Source of the DNA: Utricularia gibba
Taxonomy: Eukaryota > Plantae > Magnoliophyta
DNA: 64,000 nucleotides
Direction: 5' to 3'
NCBI GenBank assembly: GCA_002189035.1
Contig: CM007989.1
Coordinates: forward strand, 4,092,001-4,156,000
Shown: piece after piece, positions 40,937 to 55,968 of the stretch
How the letters are laid out: each line of letters begins with the position of its first letter
Position numbering within the stretch: position 1 is the stretch's first letter
Made by a program: the position numbers and the translations under genes
The notes under the pieces: model-generated
Seen by the model: the letters and a program-made list of their open reading frames with translations, nothing else
The model's database searches: none
Told to the model about the DNA's origin: nothing

Positions 40937-42280
40937 TGGCCGTGGGATGGATAGGATAATGGATGGGTATTGAGTGGTGGGATTTGATGTCAGGGTCACT
41001 GATAAGTGCCTGTCCATTTTGCAATCTGCATTGCTAATCTTCACCGCCATTTAATTAACTAAATTTATTTTGACTTCCATTTTTAAATATATATTTTCAA
41101 ATACATATATTAATTCTTAATTTTTTTAATATTTAATAATTTATATAAACAGTAGTAATCTAAACTAAAGAAAATAAGGATGGTATCTTAAATTTGAAAT
41201 GAAAATCCAATCATGAGTCATTAAATAAGAAAATTACACCAATATTTTATATTAGTTTCTACTTTTAGTATTTTTTTATCATTTTTTATTTTTAATATAA
41301 ATAGTGTATTTCGTTTCCAATGATAAAATCTATATCTAATGATACAATTAATTTTTCAAAATTTTGATGTATTAATATAATTAACTCCCAACAGTTTTTA
41401 TCTCTTACTATTTGAACATCAGAAATAATTAGTACTCCTATTCAATAAACTAAATACAATTAGTTGAGAATTAATTTTATGTAAATTTTTAAACATTTAA
41501 AAACTAATAATATCAATTATCTCAAATATTAGAGATTATTTATGTCAAAATAATGAATGTAAATTTTATGATTATGAAAATATTGAATTTAATTAAACTA
41601 CATTTTTAAAAAGCGAGAATAATATTAAAATAGTAAGAATTATTTTTATAAATTTTATAAACAGTAGAGACCAACTGCGTAAAAAACCCATTATTAAATT
41701 TGATAATTTACTTCAAAATTTCGTTTTTCGGATCAAATTAAAATTCCTAAATCCAAACATTGACCCCCCAAAAGTAAAATAAAAGTGGGGAGAATTTGGA
41801 TCGTGCACTTGACTTATTTTACAAAATGATTTATCACCTCCCGAGTAGCCACTTTGTCGACTGCTGATTGGTTGACTTTGGAAAATGGTTCATATGATCA
41901 ATATAATCCAGGGTTATTACAAGATAATGAATGCTAAGGGAGCATTTGGTAATTTACTTAAAAATAAAATATAATTTAAATATTTAGATTTGAATTATTG
42001 TACCAAAAAAGATATTAAATAAAGTATTTCGGAAATCAATCATATTTTTTTAGGTGTGTTTACAAATTTTATTTGTAAGATTTTATAGATATATATAATA
42101 TTTTATAATAAACTGAATTACATATATTGATAAATATATGTAATTATTTATAAAAATTAATTTTCAGTTTTTTATATTCTAAATATAAATTAATTTTATA
42201 TTAGTCATTATAAAAAACTACTTCTAAATATATATGGATTAGTATTGTAATGTCAAGGAAAAATGGAAGAAGGTTAGGTA

Positions 42281-42449
42281 AATCTCACATCGGTTATGCA
42301 TGGAGAAGAAAACAAGATTAAGTAAAATGATCACACAAATCATGTTTGATAGATTTTTCCAAGCATAGCAGAAGGTCCTTGAAAGAAATTCTAAAATTAA
42401 ACGTGTTTAGTATGGAGTAATGTCAGAATGATTAGACTTTTGGGAAAGT
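42281..42449 (+). mobile_element. Decayed Cassandra-like TRIM LTR remnant containing a 5S rRNA-like segment
   Basis: TCTCACATCGG near the 5' part. 42395-42449 (AATTAAACGTGTTTAGTATGGAGTAATGTCAGAATGATTAGACTTTTGGGAAAGT) aligns by eye to the recalled 5S internal control region AGTTAAGCGTGCTTGGGCGAGAGTAGTACTAGGATGGGTGACCTCCTGGGAAGT, mostly through transitions. Confidence 0.45.
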
Positions 42450-42961
42450 ATGCTAAACCGAAAAAAATATAAAATCATAAAAAGTAGATGTTCAAAATGT
42501 ATAATATCATGCAAAACTGACATAGTTTATCATTACAAATATACTAATTACAATTATTTATGAAGTTTTTTTTTTCAAATATAGCTAAATGATCTTTTAT
42601 ATTATATGTTATAATATTGATAGATTTTTCTATAATAAAGTTTTATAGCTTTAACATAATAAATATATTTTAAAACAATAATTTAAAATAAAATTATTGA
42701 ATTTATTAAAAATATATCCTGTCAATCATGGTGCAAAGAACCAACGCGGTTCCATTTTCCGTTTCTTTTTTTGGAAGCGGTGAAAATGAGGGATTGTGTA
42801 GAGTAAAACAGATTCGGAAAGTACGGTAACCATTTTTAACTTTTAACCAGCGGTAAATTCGTGAAAGGAGACTGGGATCGCGAGAGGAAGGAACGGCGGC
42901 GTATTGATAAGCTTTCAGGAAATCGGAGGTGCCGTCGACATTCCCATTCTCCCATCCTTCA

Positions 42962-44631
<1,670 letters not shown>

Positions 44632-45094
44632 ATGCACAACCAGTCACTTAACTAGTGGCTGCTTTTCTATAAAGAAACAACAGGCAAGGAGGATAGGAAA
44701 TATAACCATGGGAGCTTGATGTTGGCAAACTGCTTTGTCTCTGTGTTATGCTATATGATTCTTGAGTGCAAATTGTTGAAACATAGCTTCTTATCACTAG
44801 TGTGTTGTGCTTCTTGGATGCTTGGTGATGTTGTTGCCCGTTCCTGGCATCATCAAAACAATGCTAGAAAAGAACTGAATTATTCTGGCTATTGTTCTCA
44901 GGGTGCAAATTATTCTTTTTTAAATTAATTATAAATATTCTCTTTGGGGAAGGAATAAAGAACACTGCGAGTATTCCACACGCATTCTCGGCGGTGCTTT
45001 ACTCTCTCTCTCTCTCGCTCGCCTATCCCCAGCTTATTCGCAGCCCTAAATTCTCTCTATCGGCGTGTCCGGTCGGAGCTCCTTCATCGGCGCC

Positions 45095-46050
45095 ATGGTG
45101 ATGTTTTTTCTCCGTTCCTCTCTTGCCGTCGAGTGTTTATAAACGCTACTCCGTGAAAAAAATTGATCTTCGCGTGACTGGAATTTTTTTTATGGTTAAT
45201 TTATTCGTGTGCGCGGCGTCGGAAGTATTGATCGATCACTTTACGTATCGGCAGCTGTACCTCGATTGCTTGTTTCTGAAATTTTATGTTTTGATAGAAA
45301 ACTTCTTTTTTCCTGGAATATTTCCTATGAAGTATGATGCTGTAAATGCTTCTTGCTTGTAGAGGTGCTTGTCTAGGGGTTGTTCTTTGACTGTGAGCCG
45401 CTTTTATGCGAATGAGTATCATCATGGCGTTTTTCAGTAGATTTCTTATGCCGTCTTGGTTTTGGTGAACTTGAGTCATGGATTACTGTATTTTACTTGT
45501 GTGGATTTTCACCATCAGTATTCTTGAGCTGCATCTTCCTGTTTCAGGCGAATGCGGCTTCTGGAATGGCTGTTAATGATGAATGCAAGCTGAAGTTTTT
45601 GGAGCTGAAAGCCAAACGCACACACCGCTTCATTGTGTTCAAGATCGAGGAGAAGCAAAAAGAGGTTATGGTGGAAAAGCTTGGTGAGCCCAGTGAGACA
45701 TATGAAAGCTTTGCGGCGAGCTTGCCTGCTGAGGAGTGCCGATACGCTGTTTATGATTTTGAGTTTTTGACTGAAGGGAATGTTCCAAAGAGCAGGATTT
45801 TCTTTATCGCATGGTTATTCCCCTTCTTTGATTCCAGTGCCTCCCACATTTACCAGGTTTATCAGGGCACCAGCAACTTCTGATCATTTTTGCTCTCAGG
45901 TCCCCTGACACCGCGAGAGTGAGGAACAAAATGATCTATGCAAGCTCGAAGGATAGGTTCAAGAGGGAATTAGATGGCATTCAGATAGAGCTACAAGCTA
46001 CTGATCCGACGGAGATGGCTCTTGAAGTTCTTCAGAGTCGTGCCAACTAG
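45095..46050 (+). CDS. ADF: Actin-depolymerizing factor (ADF/cofilin), 139 aa
   Basis: ATG-only first exon 45095-45097, then exons 45548-45813 and 45900-46050. [24 protein letters not shown]...[29 protein letters not shown]. Confidence 0.96.
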
Positions 46051-46785
46051 ATTGGTGGGATGTAGCAGAATTCCATTCTTGCTCTTCGCTCATTCTCGAA
46101 GTGTTTTCCCCTCCCGGGAACTCCGGTACCTCGCATATACGCTGGTCTTTCCTTCTCATCCTTTTACTACTTTCGGTTTGACTATGCATTGTGTTGGCTG
46201 GATTACCATCTTTGTAGTGCTTGCTTATGATATTAAGAATGCAATCTGGGAATCTCTCTTGTTGGGTCCTTGAAGAATAAATCTAAATGTTGCATGTGCA
46301 AGTGGTTTAACTACTGGCTACAACACCAACAAACTGAACTTCTCGCAGCTAGTGAAGATTGCATATTCTCAATGATCAGTTGCGATTTGAGCACAAGGCA
46401 TGAGTTGGAGTTAGTGTGTTTTGACTGCCACAGGGAATAACCAACAGAGCGAGTTTGTTTTTGTAGAGACACGGAAGCCCCATTCCCATTCACTACAAAG
46501 ATGATGGATTAACAAATTTACAGTTCACCAACTACTACCACAAGGCTAGCCACAGATGTTCTACATTTGCTCCCACTGCGACAAGCAATGGAAGCAAGAA
46601 AAATCTAAGACAATAGCTGAGAATGAACCCAACATAAAGGGATAGATGATACATGACAGCAGTGGGAGCTTTTTCTCAGACACAATGTGATCTCTGTATA
46701 GAAATTCAATGTAAATAAAGTCGACTGATGATACAGGAAAGCTGGGATTTTGCTCAGACCAGAGTGATTACCTCCTGCCTGATGA

Positions 46786-48252
46786 TCACACGAACTCGTT
46801 TGGCGGACGAAGGCTCACAGTGACCTCATGCTCCTCAGGTCCAACCCGATGTTTTGGAACTTTAATTTCAAGAACCGTTCCCGTCTTGTCGAAATATGCT
46901 TCAAGCACTGCATCATCTGGGATCCGAGTAGGTAGTGGTATTTCTCTTCTGAATTCCCCTGAAGGGCAATGTTCAGGAGCTGGATCTGTGAGCTTGAATG
47001 TCCTATCTTTCCTCTGGATGAAGGGCACGCATCCAGTGCTCACAGATGAGATTTTTACCACACCGTAGGTGAGATTGTTCCACCAGTGAACTTTTACCTT
47101 CTCAGGATCAGAAAAGGGCAATGCCACAAGTATAAGGTATCCCTCTTCATCCTCATAGATAGCTTTGGCTCCTGTGACAGGGCCATAAACGTTTTTCATC
47201 ACCCCAGAAAATTCACTAAGCCACGGAGGCTCAACAGGATGGAACTCTGCTTCATGAACATGGTCTGTGTTTATGCAATCTTGATCACTTCCTTGGGAAA
47301 ATAAATCCTTCCTCTTCTTGTTACAAGCAGTGGAGATATCCGCTGAATTGCCATTCTCCGTTGACAAATTTAAACTTGACCCATTGAGCAGCTTCCTAGA
47401 GGGGTGTTGCAGATTATTCTTCAGAGGTGGAAACGCTCTGTCAAGCACAAAATCTGTATTTGGAAGATTTCTCCATGAGCTGAAGTCTTTTGCCTCAGGT
47501 GGAACAGAAAAGTTTAGATCCCGACCCGTCAACTCCATCCATTTCTTCTGGTCTTCTTCATCAAGACCCGTAAGATTGGGAGATGGGACAAGTTCTATAC
47601 CATGTAAGCACTGAGGATTCGAGAGCCCCCTGTAATGCTTCCTCTGCATCTTGTGGGATCTCACAAAACCACTATCCACAGTAAAGGGAAATAGCGGCTG
47701 TCCCTGGCGTGAGTGGCCATTCATATAGCTTCTCAACTGCATCTTACCAAGCGCATTCTCAGGTCTCTCCTTGAAAACCCACATATACATATTCTCCATG
47801 TCATGCTGCACAATGAAGATATCTAGCTGAAGATCAGACTTTTCGAAACCATTGCAATCCACTCCCGTATTACACTTGGATTTTTCCTTCAAAACAGGCT
47901 TGAAGTAGTAGTTGAAAAAGAACCATGCGCCCCATACACTGTCCAACCTCTTGGCACATTTCTTCCCTGTTCTGGGCAGATCAATGAGTTTGCTGTTATC
48001 AACAGTATCGTTGATTTGATTCCCAAGGTTCACTTCAAGCATATCGAAGTAATCATGGTTCCATGGAGGAGGTGGCGGACTTGGCTCCACAGATAACGGC
48101 AGGTTGATATCCGGTGGCCCAGGAAGAATAACCGGCCTATTCATATCGCGGTCCACCTCCTCGTGAGAGGCGGCGGCAACTGAATCTATAGACAAATATG
48201 TCGACGGAGGAAAATTATCGATACTCAAATTGGTTAGAAAATCCTCCCTCAT
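46786..48252 (-). CDS. SLT1: SLT1/FYD-like protein with a C-terminal HSP20-like domain
   Basis: Single-exon ORF from ATG 48252. KRLDSVWGAWFFF, VQHDMENMYMWVFKERPENALGKMQLRSYMNGHSRQG, PGEFRREIPLPTRIP and GPEEHEV motifs. The exact paralog is not determined. Confidence 0.85.
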   Translation of the reverse strand: MREDFLTNLSIDNFPPSTYLSIDSVAAASHEEVDRDMNRPVILPGPPDINLPLSVEPSPPPPPWNHDYFDMLEVNLGNQINDTVDNSKLIDLPRTGKKCAKRLDSVWGAWFFFNYYFKPVLKEKSKCNTGVDCNGFEKSDLQLDIFIVQHDMENMYMWVFKERPENALGKMQLRSYMNGHSRQGQPLFPFTVDSGFVRSHKMQRKHYRGLSNPQCLHGIELVPSPNLTGLDEEDQKKWMELTGRDLNFSVPPEAKDFSSWRNLPNTDFVLDRAFPPLKNNLQHPSRKLLNGSSLNLSTENGNSADISTACNKKRKDLFSQGSDQDCINTDHVHEAEFHPVEPPWLSEFSGVMKNVYGPVTGAKAIYEDEEGYLILVALPFSDPEKVKVHWWNNLTYGVVKISSVSTGCVPFIQRKDRTFKLTDPAPEHCPSGEFRREIPLPTRIPDDAVLEAYFDKTGTVLEIKVPKHRVGPEEHEVTVSLRPPNEFV

Positions 48253-49173
48253 TTCCGAAATCCAAATCCCAAATCCGACTGTGATTACAGCATCAAGCCT
48301 AGGCCACACAAACCAAAATGGATAACGGCTCACCTTCCCATCCTTGGAAGACGAAATCCTTGACGAATTTCACCGATTCCGGAAGACGCCCGATTCAGTG
48401 AAATCAGCGAAGAGCAACAATAAAGCGAAACGGGTCAAGCATCGTCAAACGCACGCGGCGCTAGGAATATACCATCAGAGCGCGTTGCTGGCCGGATGAG
48501 AGAAATCTTCAAAGGTCTTCGGGGAGGTGCGGTGCTGGGCTCAGGCTCCGGTTCACCGTGGAGACTAGAGAGCTCGGAAATGAAAGCAGAAAGCGAGAAT
48601 CAAACGGCGACGGATTCCGTTAGAGCGACGCGTGGCATAAAACGGCGACGACATTTTCCGTCACAAAAATAAGGCCTCCTGTAAACGGCGTAAAAGCCCA
48701 TCCAATTTGGAACCCAAATGGGCCCGGCCCAAAACACACCTTTTTTCGTGATTTTTGATATTTTTATTTTATGAATATTTTCAGTTTTTTTCCACTTTAA
48801 ATTCAAAAAAGTGAATATTGAAATAAAAATTACATTCATGGCCTTGTGGGGAGCTCGGATTTAATACGTAACCCTCCACCTAAATACGCGTGTACCACAC
48901 CTCTCAGCCATTTAATTCCTTCAAGTAGTTGTGAGTTGCGTCAACGAAAGTGGACCCCACCTCCATATGTTTTCCTTTTTTTCTTTTTTTTTGGCGTTGC
49001 AGACTGCAGTCCACATGCCATTCTGTCTCATATGCTTCTACGAAATGACACTTTTACCCCAACCATTTTCAAGAGTCGAGGGTCTATGTAGAGATTAACA
49101 AAATGGATTATTAGGAATTTAATTTATTCTTCTTTTTTGTAGTGACCGAGTGAAGAAGAAAACAATGGCGGGA

Positions 49174-51341
49174 TCACGCAGAAGATCTCCAGATTCTTCC
49201 CTGTAACGAGATAACGATGACGGAGACGTCATCGTGGTATCGCCGACGATCGCCTTGAGGAATCTCCAGTAGGTCGTAGAAGCCCATCCCTGAAACGCGG
49301 ACAATGAGTGAGCCTGACGATCGCCGTTCTCCTAATGAGAGGTACAACGAACCTGATGCCTTTGCCGCGCGGAAGAGCGATTCCTCGACCAAATGCTGCG
49401 CCGGGTCGCCCTCCGGCGACCATGACAAGAAAAGCTCAACTTTAGCGACGGCCTCTTCATTCGTGAAGTACTGATAGAGCCCATCTGAGGAAAGTATCAG
49501 GAACTGGTCTCGTGAAGTTATTGTGTGGTGATGGAGCGACGGCTTGCAGTTTATGTACGAGGAGCTTCCCACGTAGTCGATTCTGAACATCTCTAGAAGC
49601 GCACTGTTCCAATTCGGCTGTTAAAAATGAAGTATGAGTTGGAAGATTCAATGGACTGTAAGAAGACAGCAGCCGCTTCTCTGAAATGGGAGTCATCATC
49701 TACCTGCTTCAGAAATCCAGCTCCGAAGGCTCTGGTGACTTTCAGTGAACCTTTTACTCGCCCATTGATGACGGCGGAAGCATCCTCCGGGTGTTCTTTC
49801 CGGATTCTAGAAGTTTCCTCTTGGGTCGAAGTGCTGTGCTCCATCGTTAGCTGCAACGGCGTGAGAGGGTCGTAAGAGGTTTCTTCTTTGATTCTCTCAA
49901 GCTGCTGGCTCCAGAGGTCTGGTTCCTTTTTCTGAGCCAAAATGGCTCGAGAATCGCCCACATTCATGATGTAGACATCATCGTGTTTCATCACCATGAC
50001 GAGGACACAGGAGCCCATTAAAGACAACTCAGGATTCTCCATTAACATCGTATCAGTGATCTCGAGGTAGGACTCCTCTGTTTTCTGGAGTGCTCGGGAG
50101 AGTGCTTCTAAAACATCCTCGTGGTTTGAGGTTGGTCTGCTTTTGTTCAGTCTCCGATCAAGTTCCAATCTTTCACGGTTCCATTGGCACCTCCATCGTT
50201 TCTGATGCTCCTCCCGAGTTTTAGCTGCTCCTCTGTATTTACTCCTCAGAGTCCATTTTCTTTCCCCATACACCGTACCGGAATAAGGATCTTGTTCACC
50301 AGCTTTCGAGCAGCTTTCTTTCGATTTTTCCGCGGAAAGGTCTCCGTTGTGGCGACGATTAAAGTCGAAGTCTGCTTTCGCAGAGCTTGAATTTGAAAGA
50401 GACAAGGTTCGGTTGCCGTCATCGTCCCAGAGAATGCCTTTGAGCTCTTTTCGAACAGAAGAATACAGATTTGATAGCAAAAAATCCGGCGCATCTGGGC
50501 CGTTGAAACCGTCGTAAATCCCAACGAAAACCCAACCTTCATCTTCAGAAACCACCACATGAACTCGATCTTCACCGGCTTTCCCCTGAGCCCACTGCAG
50601 ATTCTGGGTTTCCCGTGAATTGTCGTCGTCGTCGTCTTCCAAGCAAAAACCAGTGGTGATGGTGAACTGATTCTTCCTTCGGATCCAGTCGCCATTCTCC
50701 TTAATCGCTACAGCTCCTTTGATGGGAGCAACTATTGAGTTCTGCCCACTCTTGATTCCTCTAGACAGAGCACGCTTCAGAACTCCGAATAAGGAAACTC
50801 TGGATTTAAACGCGAATCCGCCATGGGAGTAGCTTCTAAGGAAGTGATTACCCTCATCAACGGAGGCTCTCTCAATCGGGCCAGACATGAATCCTCTTTC
50901 CAAAGGCCCCGAATTCGGGATCAACCCAGAATAAAACAGAGGCCCTGAGTGAGCCGATGAGTTGTCTCTAGGAATCGGTTGGAGAGGAAGAGAAGCGAAA
51001 GAATTCGAGCTCTCAAAAGTAGAAGCTCTATCGTTACAGGAGTAGAAATCAAGCAACGATGTCGAGAGCGGAGTGGAAGTGTTGGCACTCACAGCGGCGC
51101 CGGAAATAGGCTTAAACGTCGTCGTTACCGTGGAAGCCGTCTCCAAAGGATCGAGATGTTTTCCGTCTTGTGGGCGTACGTAGCAAAACGAGTACCCCAA
51201 ATCATCAAAAGCATCGGAAGCCACCATACCCACTTTAAGATCCCCGCTGCTGCGGCGCCGGCGAAGGGTGGAATCATCATGACACTGTCGTGGAGAAACC
51301 CCGGTGAAGCAGTGAGCCAGTTTGCCTACTCCGTTGCCCAT
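49174..51341 (-). CDS. POLTERGEIST-like protein phosphatase 2C (PLL4/PLL5 type)
   Basis: ATG 51341 (MGNGVGKL). Exons 51341-49704, 49617-49353 and 49289-49174. [53 protein letters not shown] and [15 protein letters not shown]. Confidence 0.95.
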
Positions 51342-52666
51342 TAAAAACAAAACAAAAAACTCCGTGGATTCAAATGACCACCGGAGAAAAAGAGCAAACA
51401 AGTCTGCGCCTGTGGGTGGAGTGAAAGAGAAGGAGAAGAAAGGGACCGTTGACTTTCTGTAGGTCATAAAAACAGACAGCGGAGTTGGAATCAGGGCAGG
51501 GGCAAGTGGGCCCACCGCCTCCTCCAGATATTTCACCCTAATAATCTCCACTTTTAATCTCAAAAATACTTTCCCAATTTTCACAAATTATTTATTTTTC
51601 ACTGAAAAAACCAATAATACATAAAAAATTACCTAATATTTTTTTGTGTTATTATCGATGTATTTATATCGAAATAATGCTTTCGGAATTCTTTTTTCTT
51701 ATTTAATTTTTCCAATTTGATATTTAAAAATAGATGCGTGATAACATATAATATGATATAAAATTTAATATGGACTAATAATTAATACGCTTAATTGGTT
51801 TAGGATGAGATTGAACCCTCAGCACCCTTCGATTGACGCTTCTTCCGTGGGGGCCACCTGTCTATATTTAAATTATGATTAAATTAATAAACATTATAAT
51901 TTAATGAGTAAAAAAAGGAGGATGTGGGGTCCGGGAAGCGACCTCTGGGTCTGAGGTGTCAAAGTTCAGATGACTCTAATGCGGTGGGTCATTGCATTTC
52001 CAACAATTCCTAAACCAATCATGAAAATAGTAATAATAATAGAGGTAATAATTAGGTCTATAGTCCCGTTCTTGCTTAGATATGAAATATTATTTTATAT
52101 TAAATAATGTAGATTAATTATATATTTTTTATATAATGGTATATAACAATAGGAATTCCATATCCTGATTTTGTTATTTAAAATTTTATTTATAATGAAA
52201 AAAAATTCATTATTAAATTGTCTCCTTGAAGTAGATTGATAAAAAAAAAGTTTTAGTAATATTACATAAAAATTTAATTATAACCCTTTTTATCAAACAC
52301 ATGATAAATAATTCTTTTTTAAATAATATTTCCCATAAAATAAAATCATGTTTTTGAAATAACTTATTTTGATATTGATTAATCTCGTTCACACTTAATA
52401 TTGCATAAATTAAAATGTTTTATTAAATAAGTTCTACTATTTATTTTGATATCAAATTAGAATAAGTAATTTCAATTTGGAAAAAGGGTAAAAAGACTTG
52501 TGTATGGTGAGGGCGAGGGTTTTTTTTCTTTTTTCTTTTTTTTTTTAATTGGAGGCGGGGTTGGAGAAGAGGGAGAAGCGTGCCAAGGTTTCAAAACCTA
52601 ATATTCTCTGCGCGGCGGAGGGTTCGGCGATCGGAGATCCACTCATCGACCAATTTCTTGGAAAAG

Positions 52667-54115
52667 ATGATGAAAATCAAGACTCCGACCAAAGCGCGGA
52701 TCCGGAGAGAGCTAGAGAAGCGTGCGCCGAAGCTTGTGAGTCTATAGGGCTTGTGGAAGGTTTTGTACATGTTTGAGATTTTTCTTCTTTGGCCACTAAA
52801 ATTTCGTTGCTGCGATATTGAAGGAGGAAACAGGGAAGAAGACTCTTATTCTTCACGGAACTAAAACAAGTGGTGTCCTGAATTCAGTTTTGACGGAAAT
52901 TTATCACCTGAAGAAAGGCAATGCTATAAAATACTCGCGGAAAAATGAGAACATTAAGCCTTTTGAGAGCGGCGGTGAAACTTCTCTGGAGTTCTTTTCT
53001 CTGAAGACGGATTGCAGCCTGTTTGTGGTATGTTGTCTTGCGTTTTCATGGTCTGTTCTATGCAGTCGACTAGAGAAAGAATCCTTGTAAACCATAACGT
53101 GAAGCTATTTGTGTCGTAGTTTTCTAGCACTTAATGAAGATGATTAACTGCTAGACTTAGGTTTGGAATGCCATAGCACGGCAACCGTGATTTTGATATT
53201 CTGTTTTTCCTTCATGCAGTACGGGTCTCACTCAAAGAAGCGGCCAAATAATCTTGTTATTGGACGAACATTTGATCATCATGTGTATGATATTGTTGAG
53301 GTTGGGGTTGAAAACTTTAGAAGCATGGAAACTTTTTCTTACGACAAAAAGTTTGCTCCTCAAGTCGGGTCTAAACCATTTTTTGTGTTCGTTGGGGAGC
53401 ATTTCGATAGTGTAGATGAGCTAAAGCACTTGAGAGAAATATTGTTGGAACTTTTTCATGGGGAGGTAAGCATTGGTCATTGATCCACCTCCTCCTCCAT
53501 ATTTTCTGTGTATCAAGTTTTTTCTTTCATTCTTTGTAGGTTGTTTCTAACTTGAACTTGGCCGGACTTGACCGTGTATATGTGTGCGCAGCGGTTTCTC
53601 AAAACAGAGTTTTTTTCTCTCATTGTGCACTTCATCTCAAGAAATCAGGAACCTTAGTCCCAAAAATAGAGCTGGTTGAAGTAGGGCCTTCCATGGACAT
53701 GGTTCTTCGAAGGAACCGTCGTCCCAATGATGGTCTAAGAAAAGAAGCAATGAAAATTGCTCCAGAATTAGCAAAGAAAAAGGTTTGTCTAGCTGATTGT
53801 CTGCCCTGAAGACCCTTTTGTTCACACAATTAATTTTTGTGCTCCTGCTTTATCCTCATTCAGGAGAAAAATGTTGTCAAGGATGCCCTGTTTGGTAAAA
53901 TCGGAAAGATATACATTCCTGACCAGAAGGTAACCTCCGATTCAATTCAATCTATCTTTCATTTCATCTTCTTCCTAAAACCTCGTTGCGTGTAGGTTGG
54001 TAGTGCACCCCATGAGAACAAAGCGAAGGGAGTGAAGAGGGAGCGACGGGAGGCAAAGGTTAAAGGGAATGATGCCCCTCAGAAGAAGCAGAAGCAAAAG
54101 CAAGATGGTGAATGA
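52667..54115 (+). CDS. RPF2: Ribosome production factor 2 (Brix domain)
   Basis: Exons 52667-52735, 52824-53027, 53220-53465, 53540-53782, 53864-53929 and 53996-54115. MMKIKTPT...KRAPKL-EETGKKTLILHG, YGSHSKKRPNNLVIGR and ELVEVGPSMD. Confidence 0.94.
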
Positions 54116-54195
54116 ATTCACTGCCTGCACTCGTGGGCTTTTTTGTGTTGTTTTAGTTTATCAGTCACCACCTTCTTACTATAAGCTGCATGTTT

Positions 54196-54332
54196 ATCTT
54201 CACCGGTTTTCCCCTGAGCCCACCGCAGATTCTGCGTTTCCTCTGATTTGATTCTTGTAAGCAAAAACCAGTGGTGATGGTGAATTGATTCATTTTTGGG
54301 ATCCAGTTGTTCTGAATCGCTCTGCACCTCCT
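54196..54332 (-). repeat. Duplicated fragment of the PLL PP2C coding sequence
   Basis: 54196-54243 matches 50568-50615 at about 45/48. A second block of ~33 nt (AAGCAAAAACCAGTGGTGATGGTGAA.TGATTC) matches 50641-50673 with 1 mismatch. The minus-strand translation is ETQNLRWAQGKTGED, versus [15 protein letters not shown] in the PP2C. Confidence 0.9.
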
Positions 54333-55008
54333 CCAATAAGTAATTTAATGAAAATAGTCTCTATCTTTTTCTTTAAAAGATAATGGATTATTATAAAAAA
54401 AAAATCCTAATTTTTATCTCAAATTTTGTCACACTAATGTAAAGTTTTGGAGATTAGTAACAATATATCACATTATTTATAGATAACAGAGGAAAATCAT
54501 TTATATAAAGAGATTATTCTAATCTTATATAAGATTTTTTTTTCAAAATAAAAAAATACAACATCATGAAAATTGAGTTAACAAAACAAACAATAAAATT
54601 GAAACTAAAATATAGAGTTTCATTATGAGAACAAATTTTGGTATTTTAGGAAAAAAATGATGGTATATATTGTCAATTATATGCAAATTAAAATAACATG
54701 GAAAACTAATTTTACCAAATAAATATATACTAAAAATATCACTTCCAAATAATGCAGATTAAAAATGTGACTTGGGGAACTTTTGATGCTGAAATCCCAA
54801 TAATATATCGGCTAGATGAATGACAACCAACTCCGTTTTAAACTGTCTTTTTCCATTTTCTTTACACACAGTCGACATTGATGCTTCAAACGTAAACAAG
54901 GGAGTTTCAGACAGGCGTCAAATGAAGAAGCATGTGATGCAAACCTACAGACATATAGAAGAACGGCAAGGAAGGGAGCACATGGCGACCAGCAGCGCTT
55001 ACAGCGGC

Positions 55009-55968
<960 letters not shown>

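Noticed and set aside
48253-48333. 27-aa N-terminal extension of the SLT1-like ORF
   Set aside because: The track start is GTG in an AAG|GTGAGC context, more like a 5'-UTR splice donor. The first ATG at 48252 matches the family start.
51342-51584. 81-codon in-frame extension upstream of the PP2C ATG
   Set aside because: It has a TTG start and pyrimidine-rich UTR-like sequence. MGNG at 51341 is the family-typical, myristoylation-type N-terminus.
52572-52590. Short echo of RPF2 exon 1 (GAGAAGCGTGCCAAG) upstream of the gene
   Set aside because: Too short to distinguish from chance in a GA-rich leader.
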